The notes: generated from the sequence alone by a model not told the origin. A stretch of 64,000 nucleotides of DNA from Nitrospirota bacterium (GCA_963740085.1 CAVUCU010000004.1:608001-672000); one strand, 5' to 3'. Shown: positions 33,883 to 43,535, numbered from the stretch's first letter. A program made the numbers and translations.

Positions 33883-34445
33883 GCCGTACGTTCAAACGTA
33901 AAATTGTTGTCAGCTTCCCGGAGGGGCGGATGGATCTTGTCCTTGCCGGACAAAACCGGGTCTTTGAGAGGCCATGCGACGTTGATGTCCGGGTCGTTCC
34001 AAATGATCCCCCGATCTAAAGAGGGTGAATATTCATCCGTGCACTTATACATCACATCCGCCGCGGAGCTCAAGACCTGAAAACCGTGTGCAAATCCTGG
34101 CGGCACATAGAGCATCACACGGTTCTCTTCGGTGAGTTCCACGCCAATCCATTTCCCGTAAGAGAGAGAACCTTTCCGGATGTCCACGGCAACGTCGTAT
34201 ATCCTGCCCCGCATACACATGACCAATTTGCCCTGCGCCTTTGGGGTCTTCTGGTAGTGCAGTCCTCTGAGCACCCCTTTTTCTGATCTCGAATAGTTGT
34301 CCTGTACCAGATGCTCTTTGATTCCTTCGCGCGCAAAATCCGAGTGTTTATATAGTTCAAAGAAAAACCCCCGGTCATCTCCGAAGACCTGGGGCCGGAC
34401 CAGCACGAGGCCGGGTATCTCAAGCGATTTGAACTCAAAGGGCAT
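33879..34445 (-). CDS. rfbC: dTDP-4-dehydrorhamnose 3,5-epimerase
   Basis: DDRGFF, QDN.S, RGLHYQ, GFAHGF. Confidence 0.95.
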   Translation of the reverse strand: MPFEFKSLEIPGLVLVRPQVFGDDRGFFFELYKHSDFAREGIKEHLVQDNYSRSEKGVLRGLHYQKTPKAQGKLVMCMRGRIYDVAVDIRKGSLSYGKWIGVELTEENRVMLYVPPGFAHGFQVLSSAADVMYKCTDEYSPSLDRGIIWNDPDINVAWPLKDPVLSGKDKIHPPLREADNNFTFERTA

Positions 34446-35328
34446 TCGGCACCCCTTGCTCGGCCACTATCTTGAGATAATCGCCATAGGCATTCTTTTT
34501 ATAGACCTCTGCCGCCTTAAGCAGTTTCTGCCTGTCGATGTATCCCAGTTTATAAGCGATCTCCTCTATGCAGGCCATCTTGAGCCCCTGCCGTTTTTCA
34601 ATGGTAGCGATAAACTCACCCGCCTCAAGCAGGCTTTCATGGGTCCCCGTATCAAGCCACGCATATCCCCTGCCAAGAAGTTCAACTCTGAGCCGGTTCG
34701 TTTCGAGATAGGCATTAATGACATCGGTAATTTCGATCTCCCCCCGCAAGGATGGTTTGACGCTCTTGGCGATCCGGACCACATCATTATCGAAAAAATA
34801 CAGGCCTGTCACTGCATACTTCGATTTCGGTTGTTTCGGTTTTTCTTCAACGGAAAGCACCCGCCCCTGCTTGTCGAACTCCACAATGCCGTAGCGTTCA
34901 GGATCTTTCACGTAATATCCGAAAACCGTCGCTCCGCCTATAGAATTCACATTATCGACCGCCTTGGTCAGCATCTCCGTGAGGCCGTGTCCAAAAAAGA
35001 TATTGTCTCCCAATACCAGACAGACGGTGTCATGACCGATGAATTCTTCTCCGATCAGGAATGCCTCGGCAAGGCCGTTCGGCTGCAGCTGTTCCTTGTA
35101 GGAGAAACACAGCCCCAGATCTGAACCGTCTCCAAAGATGTCTCGGAACCTGGGAAGATCAAGCGGCGTTGATATGATAAGGATATCACGGATCCCGGCC
35201 AGCATCAGAGTCGAAAGGGGGTAATAAATCATGGGCTTGTCGTAGATCGGGAGAAGCTGCTTACAAACGCCCCTGGTGATGGGATAGAGCCGCGTCCCGC
35301 TGCCGCCTGCCAAGATGATGCCTTTCAC
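34435..35328 (-). CDS. rfbA: Glucose-1-phosphate thymidylyltransferase
   Basis: [32 protein letters not shown]; GTG 35328 after AGGAG. Confidence 0.95.
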   Translation of the reverse strand: MKGIILAGGSGTRLYPITRGVCKQLLPIYDKPMIYYPLSTLMLAGIRDILIISTPLDLPRFRDIFGDGSDLGLCFSYKEQLQPNGLAEAFLIGEEFIGHDTVCLVLGDNIFFGHGLTEMLTKAVDNVNSIGGATVFGYYVKDPERYGIVEFDKQGRVLSVEEKPKQPKSKYAVTGLYFFDNDVVRIAKSVKPSLRGEIEITDVINAYLETNRLRVELLGRGYAWLDTGTHESLLEAGEFIATIEKRQGLKMACIEEIAYKLGYIDRQKLLKAAEVYKKNAYGDYLKIVAEQGVPNAL

Positions 35329-35427
35329 GAATCCACTCCTCTCAGAAAGTAGAACGTACTGAGTACATGGTCCAAAGTGAAAACACGCGCCCAAGAGGCA
35401 CAAATGCTGATTCCATTGTCTATTATA

Positions 35428-36426
35428 CTATGCACCCTGTCCTATTCGCCTCTTCAACTCTTCGGGTTTAACGATGGCCGTGCCCACAACTCCGACCACG
35501 ATCCCCGCTGCAAAGTTCGAGAGCCTTGCTGCATCCACCATGGTTGCTCCGGCCGCCATGCCAAGGGTGAGCGTACTGATGACCGTATCTCCGGCGCCGG
35601 TAACATCGAAAACCTCGCGCGCAACGGTCGGGATGTGAGTCACCCTGCCGGCGTGTTCAAAGAGGCTCATTCCCTGTTCCCCGCGGGTGATCAGCACCGC
35701 ATCGCATTTCAATCGCTTGAGCAGCAGCGCTCCTGCTTTTAGCAGTGATCGTTCGTTGTCAATATCTATTTTGGCGCCTATGGCGGCTTCGTTGATATTC
35801 GGGGTAAGGATGGTGACGCCGCTGTACATGCCGAAGTGGCTTACCTTCGGGTCTACGGTCACGATCACCCTGTGTTTTTTCGCAAGTCTCACGATGTCCC
35901 GCACGAGATCACTGGTGACCATGCCCTTGCAATAATCCGAGAGCACAATGGCGTCAAGTCCCTCTCTTACCTTCCTGCCGACATAAGCAAATATCCTGCG
36001 ATGGGTCTCTTGCTCGATCTTCTCTTTCGTTTCACGATCAAACCTGACAACCTGCTGGCTATGCGCTATGACACGGGTCTTGATCGTGGTAGGTCTTGCC
36101 GGATCAACGATGAGACCTTCGGTGAGAATGCCTTGTTTGTTCAGCAGATGGAGAAGTTGTCTGCCAGCCTCATCCTGGCCTATCACGCCGCAGACGCTCA
36201 CTGCGCCACCAAGTGAGTGAATATTGTTCGCTACGTTGGTTGCGCCGCCAAGAAGCAAATTTTCCCGTGTAACGTTCACAACGGGCACTGGCGCCTCAGG
36301 CGATATCCGAGACACCTTTCCCCAGATGTAATGGTCGAGGACGATGTCTCCGACAACGAGAACTCGGGTAGCGGGAAAACGATCAATGTATGCCGTCAGG
36401 CGCTTGCTCTCTTTTTTAGAGATCAT
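35428..36426 (-). CDS. rfaE1: D-glycero-beta-D-manno-heptose-7-phosphate kinase (HldA/RfaE domain I)
   Basis: RISPEAPVPV, GGA.NV, SDY.KG, DVTGAGDT. Confidence 0.9.
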   Translation of the reverse strand: MISKKESKRLTAYIDRFPATRVLVVGDIVLDHYIWGKVSRISPEAPVPVVNVTRENLLLGGATNVANNIHSLGGAVSVCGVIGQDEAGRQLLHLLNKQGILTEGLIVDPARPTTIKTRVIAHSQQVVRFDRETKEKIEQETHRRIFAYVGRKVREGLDAIVLSDYCKGMVTSDLVRDIVRLAKKHRVIVTVDPKVSHFGMYSGVTILTPNINEAAIGAKIDIDNERSLLKAGALLLKRLKCDAVLITRGEQGMSLFEHAGRVTHIPTVAREVFDVTGAGDTVISTLTLGMAAGATMVDAARLSNFAAGIVVGVVGTAIVKPEELKRRIGQGA

Positions 36427-36489
36427 AAATTGTCTGCAACAAAAAGCCTTGAGTGTGCGTAACGAGTAAGGCTGCTCATGAATATGTTT

Positions 36490-37503
36490 TTATGCAGTGT
36501 CTTTTCCCAGGACCCTTCCGACAGCGTCAAAGACTTCATCCACCATGATTTCCGCCATGCATGCACGGGTGCCGAGGGGACAATGTTTTTGCTCGCAAGG
36601 AACGCACGCGAGGCCCTTGATAATGACCTGGTGTCCCCTGCCCAGCGGCCCGGTGCGACGTGGGTCGGTTGAACCGAATAGTCCCACAACGGGCGTCTGT
36701 ACTGAGGTCGCGAGATGCATCGGTCCGGTATCGGCGCTCACGAGACATCTGCATCTGGACAGCAACGCCGCGGATTCCAGGATTGACAGATCACCGGCGA
36801 ACGAAAACGCCTTGTTTTTCATGTCAGCCAGAACACGCGAGACCAGTTCCCGGTCTTCGTTTCCGCCCACAAAGATCACCTGCGCGTCAAGTTCATCAAT
36901 CAGTCTGTCGGCCAGTGACGCAAACCGCTCGGGAAACCAGTTTCGTGCAGGTCGTGCCGCTCCCACGCTGCAGTTCAGCGCGATGAGCGGTCTGTAGTCA
37001 TCAATGTTCCGCGCTGCAAGGAGGCGATCAATATTCGCGAGTACCTCAGGGGCAAGCTCAAGCTCGATACCATCAACAGAAACATCAATGTCAAGCGATC
37101 GTAACGTATCCAGAAAATTATCAGCTGCATGAAGCCGTCTTTGTCCGGCTCTTAACCTCCGCTGTTTTCTATACACAAGGACATGTCGCGCACCGGACAG
37201 CCGCCGCAGCACCATCGAGCGCAGTGACGGTTGCATATCAATAAAAAGGTCAAAGTGCCCGTCCCTGAGCCGCAGTCCGAATTCGATAAAGTCCTTCAAA
37301 CGTTTCTTGAACTTCGTTCTATCGAATACCTGGACTCGGTCCGCAATGGGCGTTCCCTGAATGAGCGACTCCAATCCGGGAGAGACCACGACGGTGACAT
37401 GCGCAGCAGGAAATTTCTGTCGTAATGCCTTCAGAGCCGGAAGCGTATGGAGCAAGTCTCCGATCGCTCCCGGTTTGAAAAAAAGCACTTTATGGATTTC
37501 CAT
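36490..37503 (-). CDS. GT9 heptosyltransferase (WaaF/WaaC-like)
   Basis: GAIGDLL, W..ERF, DTGPMHLA, LFGST.P, C..C....C. Confidence 0.88.
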   Translation of the reverse strand: MEIHKVLFFKPGAIGDLLHTLPALKALRQKFPAAHVTVVVSPGLESLIQGTPIADRVQVFDRTKFKKRLKDFIEFGLRLRDGHFDLFIDMQPSLRSMVLRRLSGARHVLVYRKQRRLRAGQRRLHAADNFLDTLRSLDIDVSVDGIELELAPEVLANIDRLLAARNIDDYRPLIALNCSVGAARPARNWFPERFASLADRLIDELDAQVIFVGGNEDRELVSRVLADMKNKAFSFAGDLSILESAALLSRCRCLVSADTGPMHLATSVQTPVVGLFGSTDPRRTGPLGRGHQVIIKGLACVPCEQKHCPLGTRACMAEIMVDEVFDAVGRVLGKDTA

Positions 37504-37634
37504 TTTTGTGCATTATATGTTAATGCCCTGAATTTGTAAAGATAATTTTGAAAATCAGCGATCGAAGGGTGCGAAACTGCCTGTTGTTATGAGGTAAATC
37601 ATAGCGGTCTTTAGACATATAGTTTATAAAACAC

Positions 37635-37663
37635 TTGAAATCGCCGTGAAGAGCGGGTAATAT
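37635..37663 (+). promoter_or_regulatory. Sigma70-type promoter for ferredoxin
   Basis: TTGAAA-N17-TAATAT. Confidence 0.5.
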
Positions 37664-37763
37664 TTAACGAGCGAAGATGAGAAAATTTCGCGAAGCACCG
37701 GGATGCGAGCAGCGCTCGATCCTGTCGAATATATTTTTCAATCATGAAAGGAAGAAGATATCT

Positions 37764-37946
37764 ATGGCTACCCCGACAGTTGATATGGACCTCTGCATCG
37801 GTTGCGGACTTTGCTCGGAACTTTGCCCCAAGGTTTTTGAGCTCCGTGACGACAAGGCGTGGGTCACCAACCCGAATGCCTGCGATACCTGCGACTGTCA
37901 GCAGGCAGTTGACAGTTGTCCCGTAACCGCAATATCATTGGCATGA
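37764..37946 (+). CDS. Single-cluster [4Fe-4S] ferredoxin (60 aa)
   Basis: CIGCGLC...CP and distal CP (SCPVTAI); start refined to ATG 37764. Confidence 0.88.
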   Translation: MATPTVDMDLCIGCGLCSELCPKVFELRDDKAWVTNPNACDTCDCQQAVDSCPVTAISLA

Positions 37947-37972
37947 TAATCACCTCCGTCGCTCACCCTTCC

Positions 37973-38000
37973 AGGGGCGATCAATCGCCCCTTCTTTCTT
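37973..38000 (+). terminator. Intrinsic terminator after ferredoxin
   Basis: AGGGGCGAT-CA-ATCGCCCCT followed by TCTTTCTT. Confidence 0.6.
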
Positions 38001-38095
38001 ATCTCAGGATGGCAGCAAACATGATAACTCCGTTGTTTTCGTGCTCTCACCATAGGCATGAGGAGCGGTTTCCGCGACAAAAATCCAGAATAATA

Positions 38096-38124
38096 TTGAC
38101 AATGCCATAAATGTTTGTTAATCT
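38096..38124 (+). promoter_or_regulatory. Sigma70-type promoter for HAMP-GGDEF/lipoprotein operon
   Basis: TTGACA-N17-TAATCT with TG extended -10. Confidence 0.6.
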
Positions 38125-38151
38125 AGCTGCATACGATTCTGCTTATTACCT

Positions 38152-39534
38152 ATGAACATCCCCCTTCCTTCCGAGATATTGGATAAGTTGGTCCCGACAA
38201 GGCTTTTTGCACGGCTCAATATTGCCAGTAAAATGCTTTTAGGGTACATGACGCTCGTGGTGCTCACCCTTATCGTTGTTGCCTATGCCCTCATCAGTCT
38301 GCAGCGGATCAATTCGCTGAACAGAAGCATTGTTCAAGTCGATATCATCATGCGAGAAGCATCCGATAAGATGCTTGATGCCCTGCTTGGCCAGGATATG
38401 TATGAGAAGAGGTATTTGATCCTCAAGAGCAGTGACATGCGGAACCTTTTTGCAGAGAGGGGAAAGGAATTCGATGCGTGGCTTACCACGCTCAAGGGCC
38501 TTCCCAACGCTGCCGATCTATCCACGGCATCAATTGAGGGACTCCATCGGAAATACACTGATCTCTTTTCCAAGGAGATTCATTTGATCCGGTCAAAAAA
38601 AGTCGATAAGGCATACGCTGTCTCTAACCACGAACTGAGAAACGTTTTCGAAAAGCTCAGTCAAACGCTCAAGACAATGTCCTCTGCCGCCAAAGAAGCC
38701 CAGGACACAAGAATGAGACAGATCTCTGCAGTCGGCAGCACGGCTTTCCTGACAACGGCTGTACTCTGCCTGATCATCATTATTGCCGGAGCCCTGGCAG
38801 GGTTCGTCGTCACCCATCATATTTCCTCATCGATCCACAAATTAAAAGAGGCGACCGAGCATATCGCTGAAGGAAACTTCGACTACGATCCGAAGATCAC
38901 ATCAGAAGATGAGATCGGGACCCTCTCGAAGGCCTTTTTGGCCATGGGGAAAAGGCTCAGAAAACTTGAGGAAATGTATCTGGATGCCAGCCCTCTGACC
39001 CGCCTGCCGGGCGGCATCGCCATCGAGAACGTGCTTAAAAAACGCATCGACTCCACCCAGCCTATCGCATTTTGCGTGCTCGACCTCGACAATTTTAAGG
39101 CATTCAATGACCGGTACGGCTATGCGAACGGCAGTGAGGTCATTAAAGAAACCGCAAAGATCATCGAGAACGCGGTAAAGACCAGCGGTGCTCCCGATGA
39201 TTTCATCGGACATGTGGGCGGTGACGACTTTGTAGTCATCACAACGCCCGAATATATGCGTACGATCTCCGGAGAGATCATCAGCCAATTCGACCGGCGA
39301 ATACCCGACTTCTACGACCGCGAGGAACGAGAACGAGGCTTTATCCTCGGGAAAACGAGGCAGGGCATTGAGATGGAGTTCCCCATCATGAGTATCTCTA
39401 TCGCCATTGTGACGAACGAGTACCGCCATCTTACTAATCCCCTGGAGGCCTCGGAGATCGCGGCCGAGTTGAAGGACTACGCTAAGTCGATACCGAAAAG
39501 CGTTTTCGTTGTGGACAAGAGGAGGAATACGTGA
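38152..39534 (+). CDS. Membrane sensor with periplasmic helical domain, HAMP and GGDEF (GGDDF) domain; Hypr-type Ser
   Basis: Two TM helices, DEIGTL..AF..M HAMP, DLDNFKAFNDRYGYANGS, GHVGGDDF. Confidence 0.88.
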   Translation: MNIPLPSEILDKLVPTRLFARLNIASKMLLGYMTLVVLTLIVVAYALISLQRINSLNRSIVQVDIIMREASDKMLDALLGQDMYEKRYLILKSSDMRNLFAERGKEFDAWLTTLKGLPNAADLSTASIEGLHRKYTDLFSKEIHLIRSKKVDKAYAVSNHELRNVFEKLSQTLKTMSSAAKEAQDTRMRQISAVGSTAFLTTAVLCLIIIIAGALAGFVVTHHISSSIHKLKEATEHIAEGNFDYDPKITSEDEIGTLSKAFLAMGKRLRKLEEMYLDASPLTRLPGGIAIENVLKKRIDSTQPIAFCVLDLDNFKAFNDRYGYANGSEVIKETAKIIENAVKTSGAPDDFIGHVGGDDFVVITTPEYMRTISGEIISQFDRRIPDFYDREERERGFILGKTRQGIEMEFPIMSISIAIVTNEYRHLTNPLEASEIAAELKDYAKSIPKSVFVVDKRRNT

Positions 39535-39971
39535 AGAAGGTTATTTTTCTGCTCGCAGTAATTTGGTTTTCCGGCTGTGCCACGACGAGCGTTGTGACCG
39601 GTCCGAAAAAACAGTTTCAGGATGCCACCATCTCCGTGAAAGAGAAACGATACAAAGAGGCTACCGCGGCTTGTAATAAAATTATGGCCGACGCCCCCGA
39701 CTCGCCGCTGGCCGCTGACGCGCTGTTCGAGATTGCCCTCATCAACGTGCACCTTGATAACCCCAAACGGGACTATGTCGAGGCAAGTCGCACGTTCGCG
39801 GAATTCGTCAAACGCTATCCTGACAATAGAAGAACGGACGAGGCACGGACCTGGATCTCGGTGCTCAAAACCGTCCAGGACCTGAAAAAACAGAATGAAC
39901 ATCTCAATGAGAGCATTAAGGAATTAAAGAAACTTGATATCATGCATGAGGAGAAGAGGAAAGGGAAATAA
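39531..39971 (+). CDS. TPR-containing lipoprotein with C-terminal coiled coil
   Basis: Lipobox FSG-C16; TPR-like helices; GTGA overlap with the upstream cyclase. Confidence 0.8.
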   Translation: MKKVIFLLAVIWFSGCATTSVVTGPKKQFQDATISVKEKRYKEATAACNKIMADAPDSPLAADALFEIALINVHLDNPKRDYVEASRTFAEFVKRYPDNRRTDEARTWISVLKTVQDLKKQNEHLNESIKELKKLDIMHEEKRKGK

Positions 39972-40054
39972 CAATCTGGCAAATGATGCCCTCATGCTGG
40001 GGTTACGAAGGAACGCCGACAGTTTCCCAATCCCATGGATTACCGGCAGTACTT

Positions 40055-40930
40055 TCAGATTTTTTCATCACGTACAATATCCAGAAAAAAGGCTTCCAGA
40101 TTTTTTCTTTTCGGATCGATCAGCGTTATTTCCTCGCCGGCAGCCTGAAGCTCGGCCATTATTTTAGACAGCTCATCCTTGGAAACATCGAGCTCTTTCT
40201 GCTTTGAGACCCCTGGGACCCTTACTCGCAGATGATATCCTACAATGCCCTGAGTTAAAATAGAGTCCACAAACTCTACGCGCTGCAGAGTGCCGTTTAC
40301 GATGATTCCTACCCGGTCGCAAACTGTTTCCACATCGGAAGTGATGTGAGTGCTGAAGAACACGCACTTGCCCTTTTCTTTAAGATCCAGGATGATCTCC
40401 TTCACGCGTGCACGACCGATCGGATCCAGCCCGCTCATCGGCTCATCAAGGACCAGCACCTCCGGGTCATGCAGTAGGGCCTGGGCAAAACCGAGCCGCT
40501 GGACCATCCCCTTGCTGAACCCGCGCAAAGGACGGTTTCCTGCCACCACGAGTTCCAATAGGTTTAGGACATATTCGGTTTTTTCCCGCAACAAGCCAGC
40601 GTTCATGCCGAATGTCTTTCCCACAAACGTAAGATATTCCCGGGCGGTCAGAAAATCATAGAAGGCCGGGTTCTCGGGCAGGTATCCAACGAGATTTCGG
40701 GATAAATGCGATTGTACGTCTTGTCCCATTAGATTTGCATGACCGCTTGTCGGACGAATTAATCCCATCAGTATCTTGATCGTCGTGCTCTTGCCCGCGC
40801 CATTCGGCCCAAGAAAACCGAAGACCTCTCCTGCGTTCACTGTGAAAGAGACCTCTTTCAGCGCTTCGACCGAGGTACGCCCGGCAACTTTGAATGTTTT
40901 CGAAAGCTTCGTGATTTCGATGGCTGTCAT
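40055..40930 (-). CDS. ABC transporter ATP-binding protein (pilus-associated, XapD/PilH-like)
   Basis: GPNGAGKST, FSKGM, LDEPMSGLD, STH. Confidence 0.9.
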   Translation of the reverse strand: MTAIEITKLSKTFKVAGRTSVEALKEVSFTVNAGEVFGFLGPNGAGKSTTIKILMGLIRPTSGHANLMGQDVQSHLSRNLVGYLPENPAFYDFLTAREYLTFVGKTFGMNAGLLREKTEYVLNLLELVVAGNRPLRGFSKGMVQRLGFAQALLHDPEVLVLDEPMSGLDPIGRARVKEIILDLKEKGKCVFFSTHITSDVETVCDRVGIIVNGTLQRVEFVDSILTQGIVGYHLRVRVPGVSKQKELDVSKDELSKIMAELQAAGEEITLIDPKRKNLEAFFLDIVRDEKI

Positions 40931-40966
40931 GGCTATTTTTCTTTCTCTCTATTCATTTGGTCAAAT

Positions 40967-41812
40967 TCACTTCTTCACAACCCCGAACGCAAATTTACTC
41001 GTACTCCGAACCATGCCCTGTTTGTCAATATAAAATTGTCCACCGTAGGGGTCAACCGGCAGTTCTTTCAAATATCCCTTTCGCATAAGCTCTTCTACCG
41101 AGGCAGGATCTCTGTGGACCGTCCGATGGAAAAGTTCCTTTGCCTGCTCTATTGTTCTAACTCCCAGAAATGCTTTAAGTCTTGTTTGAAGTGAATTTCT
41201 TACTGCCTCGTTGCCGGCTCCTCTGATCATTTCCGTCAGATAGGCGATAGCCATATCCGTCCTTCCTGATTCATACATATATCTTCCCGCAAGGTTCATG
41301 GGGAGATCGGTCCCGAGCAACTCCCCTGCCCGTTTATAATAGATGGCCGCATTTGCATAGTCCTTTAGGAAAAAAGCGTAATTGAACCCCGCAAAATAGG
41401 GAAGGTAATAATCCCAGTTCCTGTAGCGCATGCCATATTTCAGCAGTTCGTTCGCAGCTTCGACCTGGTGGGCACCCCACACGAGGACTGCCTGGGCGAA
41501 GTAATAGGCGTCTGTATTATAAGGATCGAGTATTACGCTCGTACGGATGACCTGAAACATGCCGGGATAATCAACGGCGACGGTCTGGTTCTTGGACTTT
41601 TCCACCTGTCCGCCGTAATAAATGATCACTTTCATCATGAGAGCGGCGGCAAGCGTCTGTTTTTGATCCGCTGAGACGAGCCTCAGAAACTCAGGCGCGG
41701 GAACATAGCCCATTTTCTCAACAAACGCTCTGTTATTCATGTAGGCGGTAAAAGGGAAGATGACAAGCAGGTATGAAGAAATCAGGATCGGCAAAAGCAC
41801 ACGTCTGCTCAT
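40967..41812 (-). CDS. Pilus-associated TPR-like exported protein (XapC/PilG-like)
   Basis: N-terminal TM, LDPY, TPR-like helices, LP.DPYGG.F; position between permease and ATPase; start refined to 41812 (ATGA overlap). Confidence 0.65.
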   Translation of the reverse strand: MSRRVLLPILISSYLLVIFPFTAYMNNRAFVEKMGYVPAPEFLRLVSADQKQTLAAALMMKVIIYYGGQVEKSKNQTVAVDYPGMFQVIRTSVILDPYNTDAYYFAQAVLVWGAHQVEAANELLKYGMRYRNWDYYLPYFAGFNYAFFLKDYANAAIYYKRAGELLGTDLPMNLAGRYMYESGRTDMAIAYLTEMIRGAGNEAVRNSLQTRLKAFLGVRTIEQAKELFHRTVHRDPASVEELMRKGYLKELPVDPYGGQFYIDKQGMVRSTSKFAFGVVKK

Positions 41813-42600
41813 TGCATCTCCCGACGTGAAAAAATGATCGTTGATAGGGTAAGGAGGACCGCAGTATAGATCACGAAATAGACGCTGGTCCATATCATCC
41901 CTGATGGTGACAGTCTGATTCCATATACGGCATTCACTTCGAGATCAAAGGCGTTGAAATTCGGGAGAATATAGTAGAGGGTATTTGCAATATTTTTGAC
42001 AATAGGAGAAATAGGCAGTATTGATGAAGAATGGAGATAGTCATATACCTGCTGGGTTGCGCTTCCAACGATGAACAAGGAGATGGTGCCGAAGATCGGG
42101 AGAAAGAATGAAGTGCTGACCGCCGAGATGAAAAAGGACGCTGCAATCACCAGAATATATTTCAGGGCACAGAAAACAAAGGCCATTGTTACATTTGTCC
42201 AGACAACAGGACGGACCGGCGGATAGATCCCCGAAGCGAACTTGATCACAACGCTGGAGATAAGGGCGAGTACGAACGTGGTCAGCAGAATGAAACCGGC
42301 AATACCGAAAAACTTGCCCAGAAGGTAAGAAGCGCGCCTCAATGGCAGGCTCAGAACGCTGAACGTATATCGCCGCTCGATGTCCTTCCAGAGGGATGTT
42401 CCTCCAAGAAAAATCGAAAGAAGCAGGAGGATAAAGGAGAGGAGAGACAGAGAAAGGGAGATCGACAGCTCCGTTACCTGCCTCATGGAAAGAGAACTGA
42501 CTGAAGGGATGAGAGGGAACAAGATGCTGGCCACCATAATTCCCCTGAAGACCCTGTCCCGCAGGATGCCTTTAAAAGTTACTAAGAATATTTGCAGCAT
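41809..42600 (-). CDS. ABC-2 type permease (XapB/PilI-like)
   Basis: Six TM segments, DIERR..F.VLS.P..R..YLLGKF, LPNF, IFSRRE. Confidence 0.82.
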   Translation of the reverse strand: MLQIFLVTFKGILRDRVFRGIMVASILFPLIPSVSSLSMRQVTELSISLSLSLLSFILLLLSIFLGGTSLWKDIERRYTFSVLSLPLRRASYLLGKFFGIAGFILLTTFVLALISSVVIKFASGIYPPVRPVVWTNVTMAFVFCALKYILVIAASFFISAVSTSFFLPIFGTISLFIVGSATQQVYDYLHSSSILPISPIVKNIANTLYYILPNFNAFDLEVNAVYGIRLSPSGMIWTSVYFVIYTAVLLTLSTIIFSRREMQ

Positions 42601-42644
42601 GTTTTTGTTCGATCCCCTCTTCTAAAACCTGTCGCAATAATAAC

Positions 42645-42677
42645 AAAAAAAGGGAGGGTTGGTCAACACCAACCCTC
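42645..42677 (-). terminator. Intrinsic terminator after pilA-N/pilA-C
   Basis: GAGGGTTGGT/ACCAACCCTC 10-bp stem, 4-nt loop, T7 run on the minus strand. Confidence 0.8.
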
Positions 42678-42715
42678 GTCAGTTTATTGGACTACATTGC
42701 GATTTTGGTAGTACC

Positions 42716-43072
42716 TTAATGGGAGAAGCCAGCCACTGTACTTGTCGGTCCGGTAACTGGATCTGGCCAAGTCGAAGTAGTAGCACCTACTGCGTTAGGA
42801 GATTGGTCAACCCAAGCTTTCTTCCATATCCCATTGTCTGTATCCCACATCTGAAACTCATAACCCGCTGCTGTAGCAGCTGAAGCATGGGCTGATGAGG
42901 CCGCATAATTAACATCATCGGAGCTTACTACGACAGATACACCCGTTGATGGGATATATTTTGCTCCATTGATTGTCGTGCCCGTGGGAGCCGTGAGGAG
43001 TTCCACCGCAAAAGCCGGTGCGGCAATAGCAATTGCCATCACAACTATCATTATAACCAGTAATTTTTTCAT
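42716..43072 (-). CDS. PilA-C-like pilin partner (Sec signal peptide)
   Basis: Signal peptide ending AFA; PSTGVSV..Y..G.EF..IW pattern resembles Geobacter PilA-C (from recall); directly downstream of the short pilin. Confidence 0.7.
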   Translation of the reverse strand: MKKLLVIMIVVMAIAIAAPAFAVELLTAPTGTTINGAKYIPSTGVSVVVSSDDVNYAASSAHASAATAAGYEFQMWDTDNGIWKKAWVDQSPNAVGATTSTWPDPVTGPTSTVAGFSH

Positions 43073-43112
43073 ATGCTTGCAACTCCTTTCGAAAAATATT
43101 ATGTTGATTTTA

Positions 43113-43319
43113 TTAAAAAGTTGGATACTTCTGCAGATCAGCCTGCCCTGCTTCCATCGTGGTTCTTAGGTTTCTTAAGTCGGTCTCAGCGCTTGCGTTA
43201 TATGCCTTAACACGATACGCAGAGAACTGCGGGATGGCGATGGCCGCCAGAATGGCGATGATGGCCACCACGATCAGGAGTTCGATGAGGGTAAAACCTT
43301 TGTTATTTCTGGTCTTCAT
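43113..43319 (-). CDS. pilA: Short type IVa pilin (PilA-N type, 60-aa mature)
   Basis: KG/FTLIELLIVVAIIAILAAIAIPQFSAYRVKAYN prepilin site with E5; GGAGG RBS. Confidence 0.93.
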   Translation of the reverse strand: MKTRNNKGFTLIELLIVVAIIAILAAIAIPQFSAYRVKAYNASAETDLRNLRTTMEAGQADLQKYPTF

Positions 43320-43430
43320 ACTTTAACCTCCCTTGAATTTTTTTTAACAGCATTGTGTGACTACTCTGATAAAGACAACTTAATGGAAGCTTCCCCCCTT
43401 TCATTGGCATTTATATTTCACCGTATTAAT

Positions 43431-43447
43431 AGCATGATGCATGCCAA
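43431..43447 (-). promoter_or_regulatory. Sigma54 (-24/-12) promoter of pilA
   Basis: Minus strand TTGGCATGCATCATGCT = GG-N10-GC, about 110 nt upstream of pilA. Confidence 0.8.
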
Positions 43448-43506
43448 TTATAAACCTATATTTATCATAATGTTATATTAAGCAATTATGATATTGGATC
43501 GAAATG

Positions 43507-43535
43507 TGTCAGTTGCTCGTGACATAAATTGTCAC
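43507..43535. promoter_or_regulatory. Candidate enhancer-binding (PilR-type) site
   Basis: TGTC-N10-GACA overlapping the perfect palindrome GTGACA-TAAAT-TGTCAC (43519-43535), 60-90 nt upstream of the sigma54 box. Confidence 0.55.

Noticed and set aside
43113-43319. Calling the pilin a conductive e-pilin
   Set aside because: It lacks the position 50/51 aromatic, and conductivity cannot be inferred from sequence.
43320-43353. Long PilA isoform from an upstream ATG, as in G. sulfurreducens
   Set aside because: The ATG at 43353 is out of frame, and correcting the A-run by one base meets a TAA before the pilin start.
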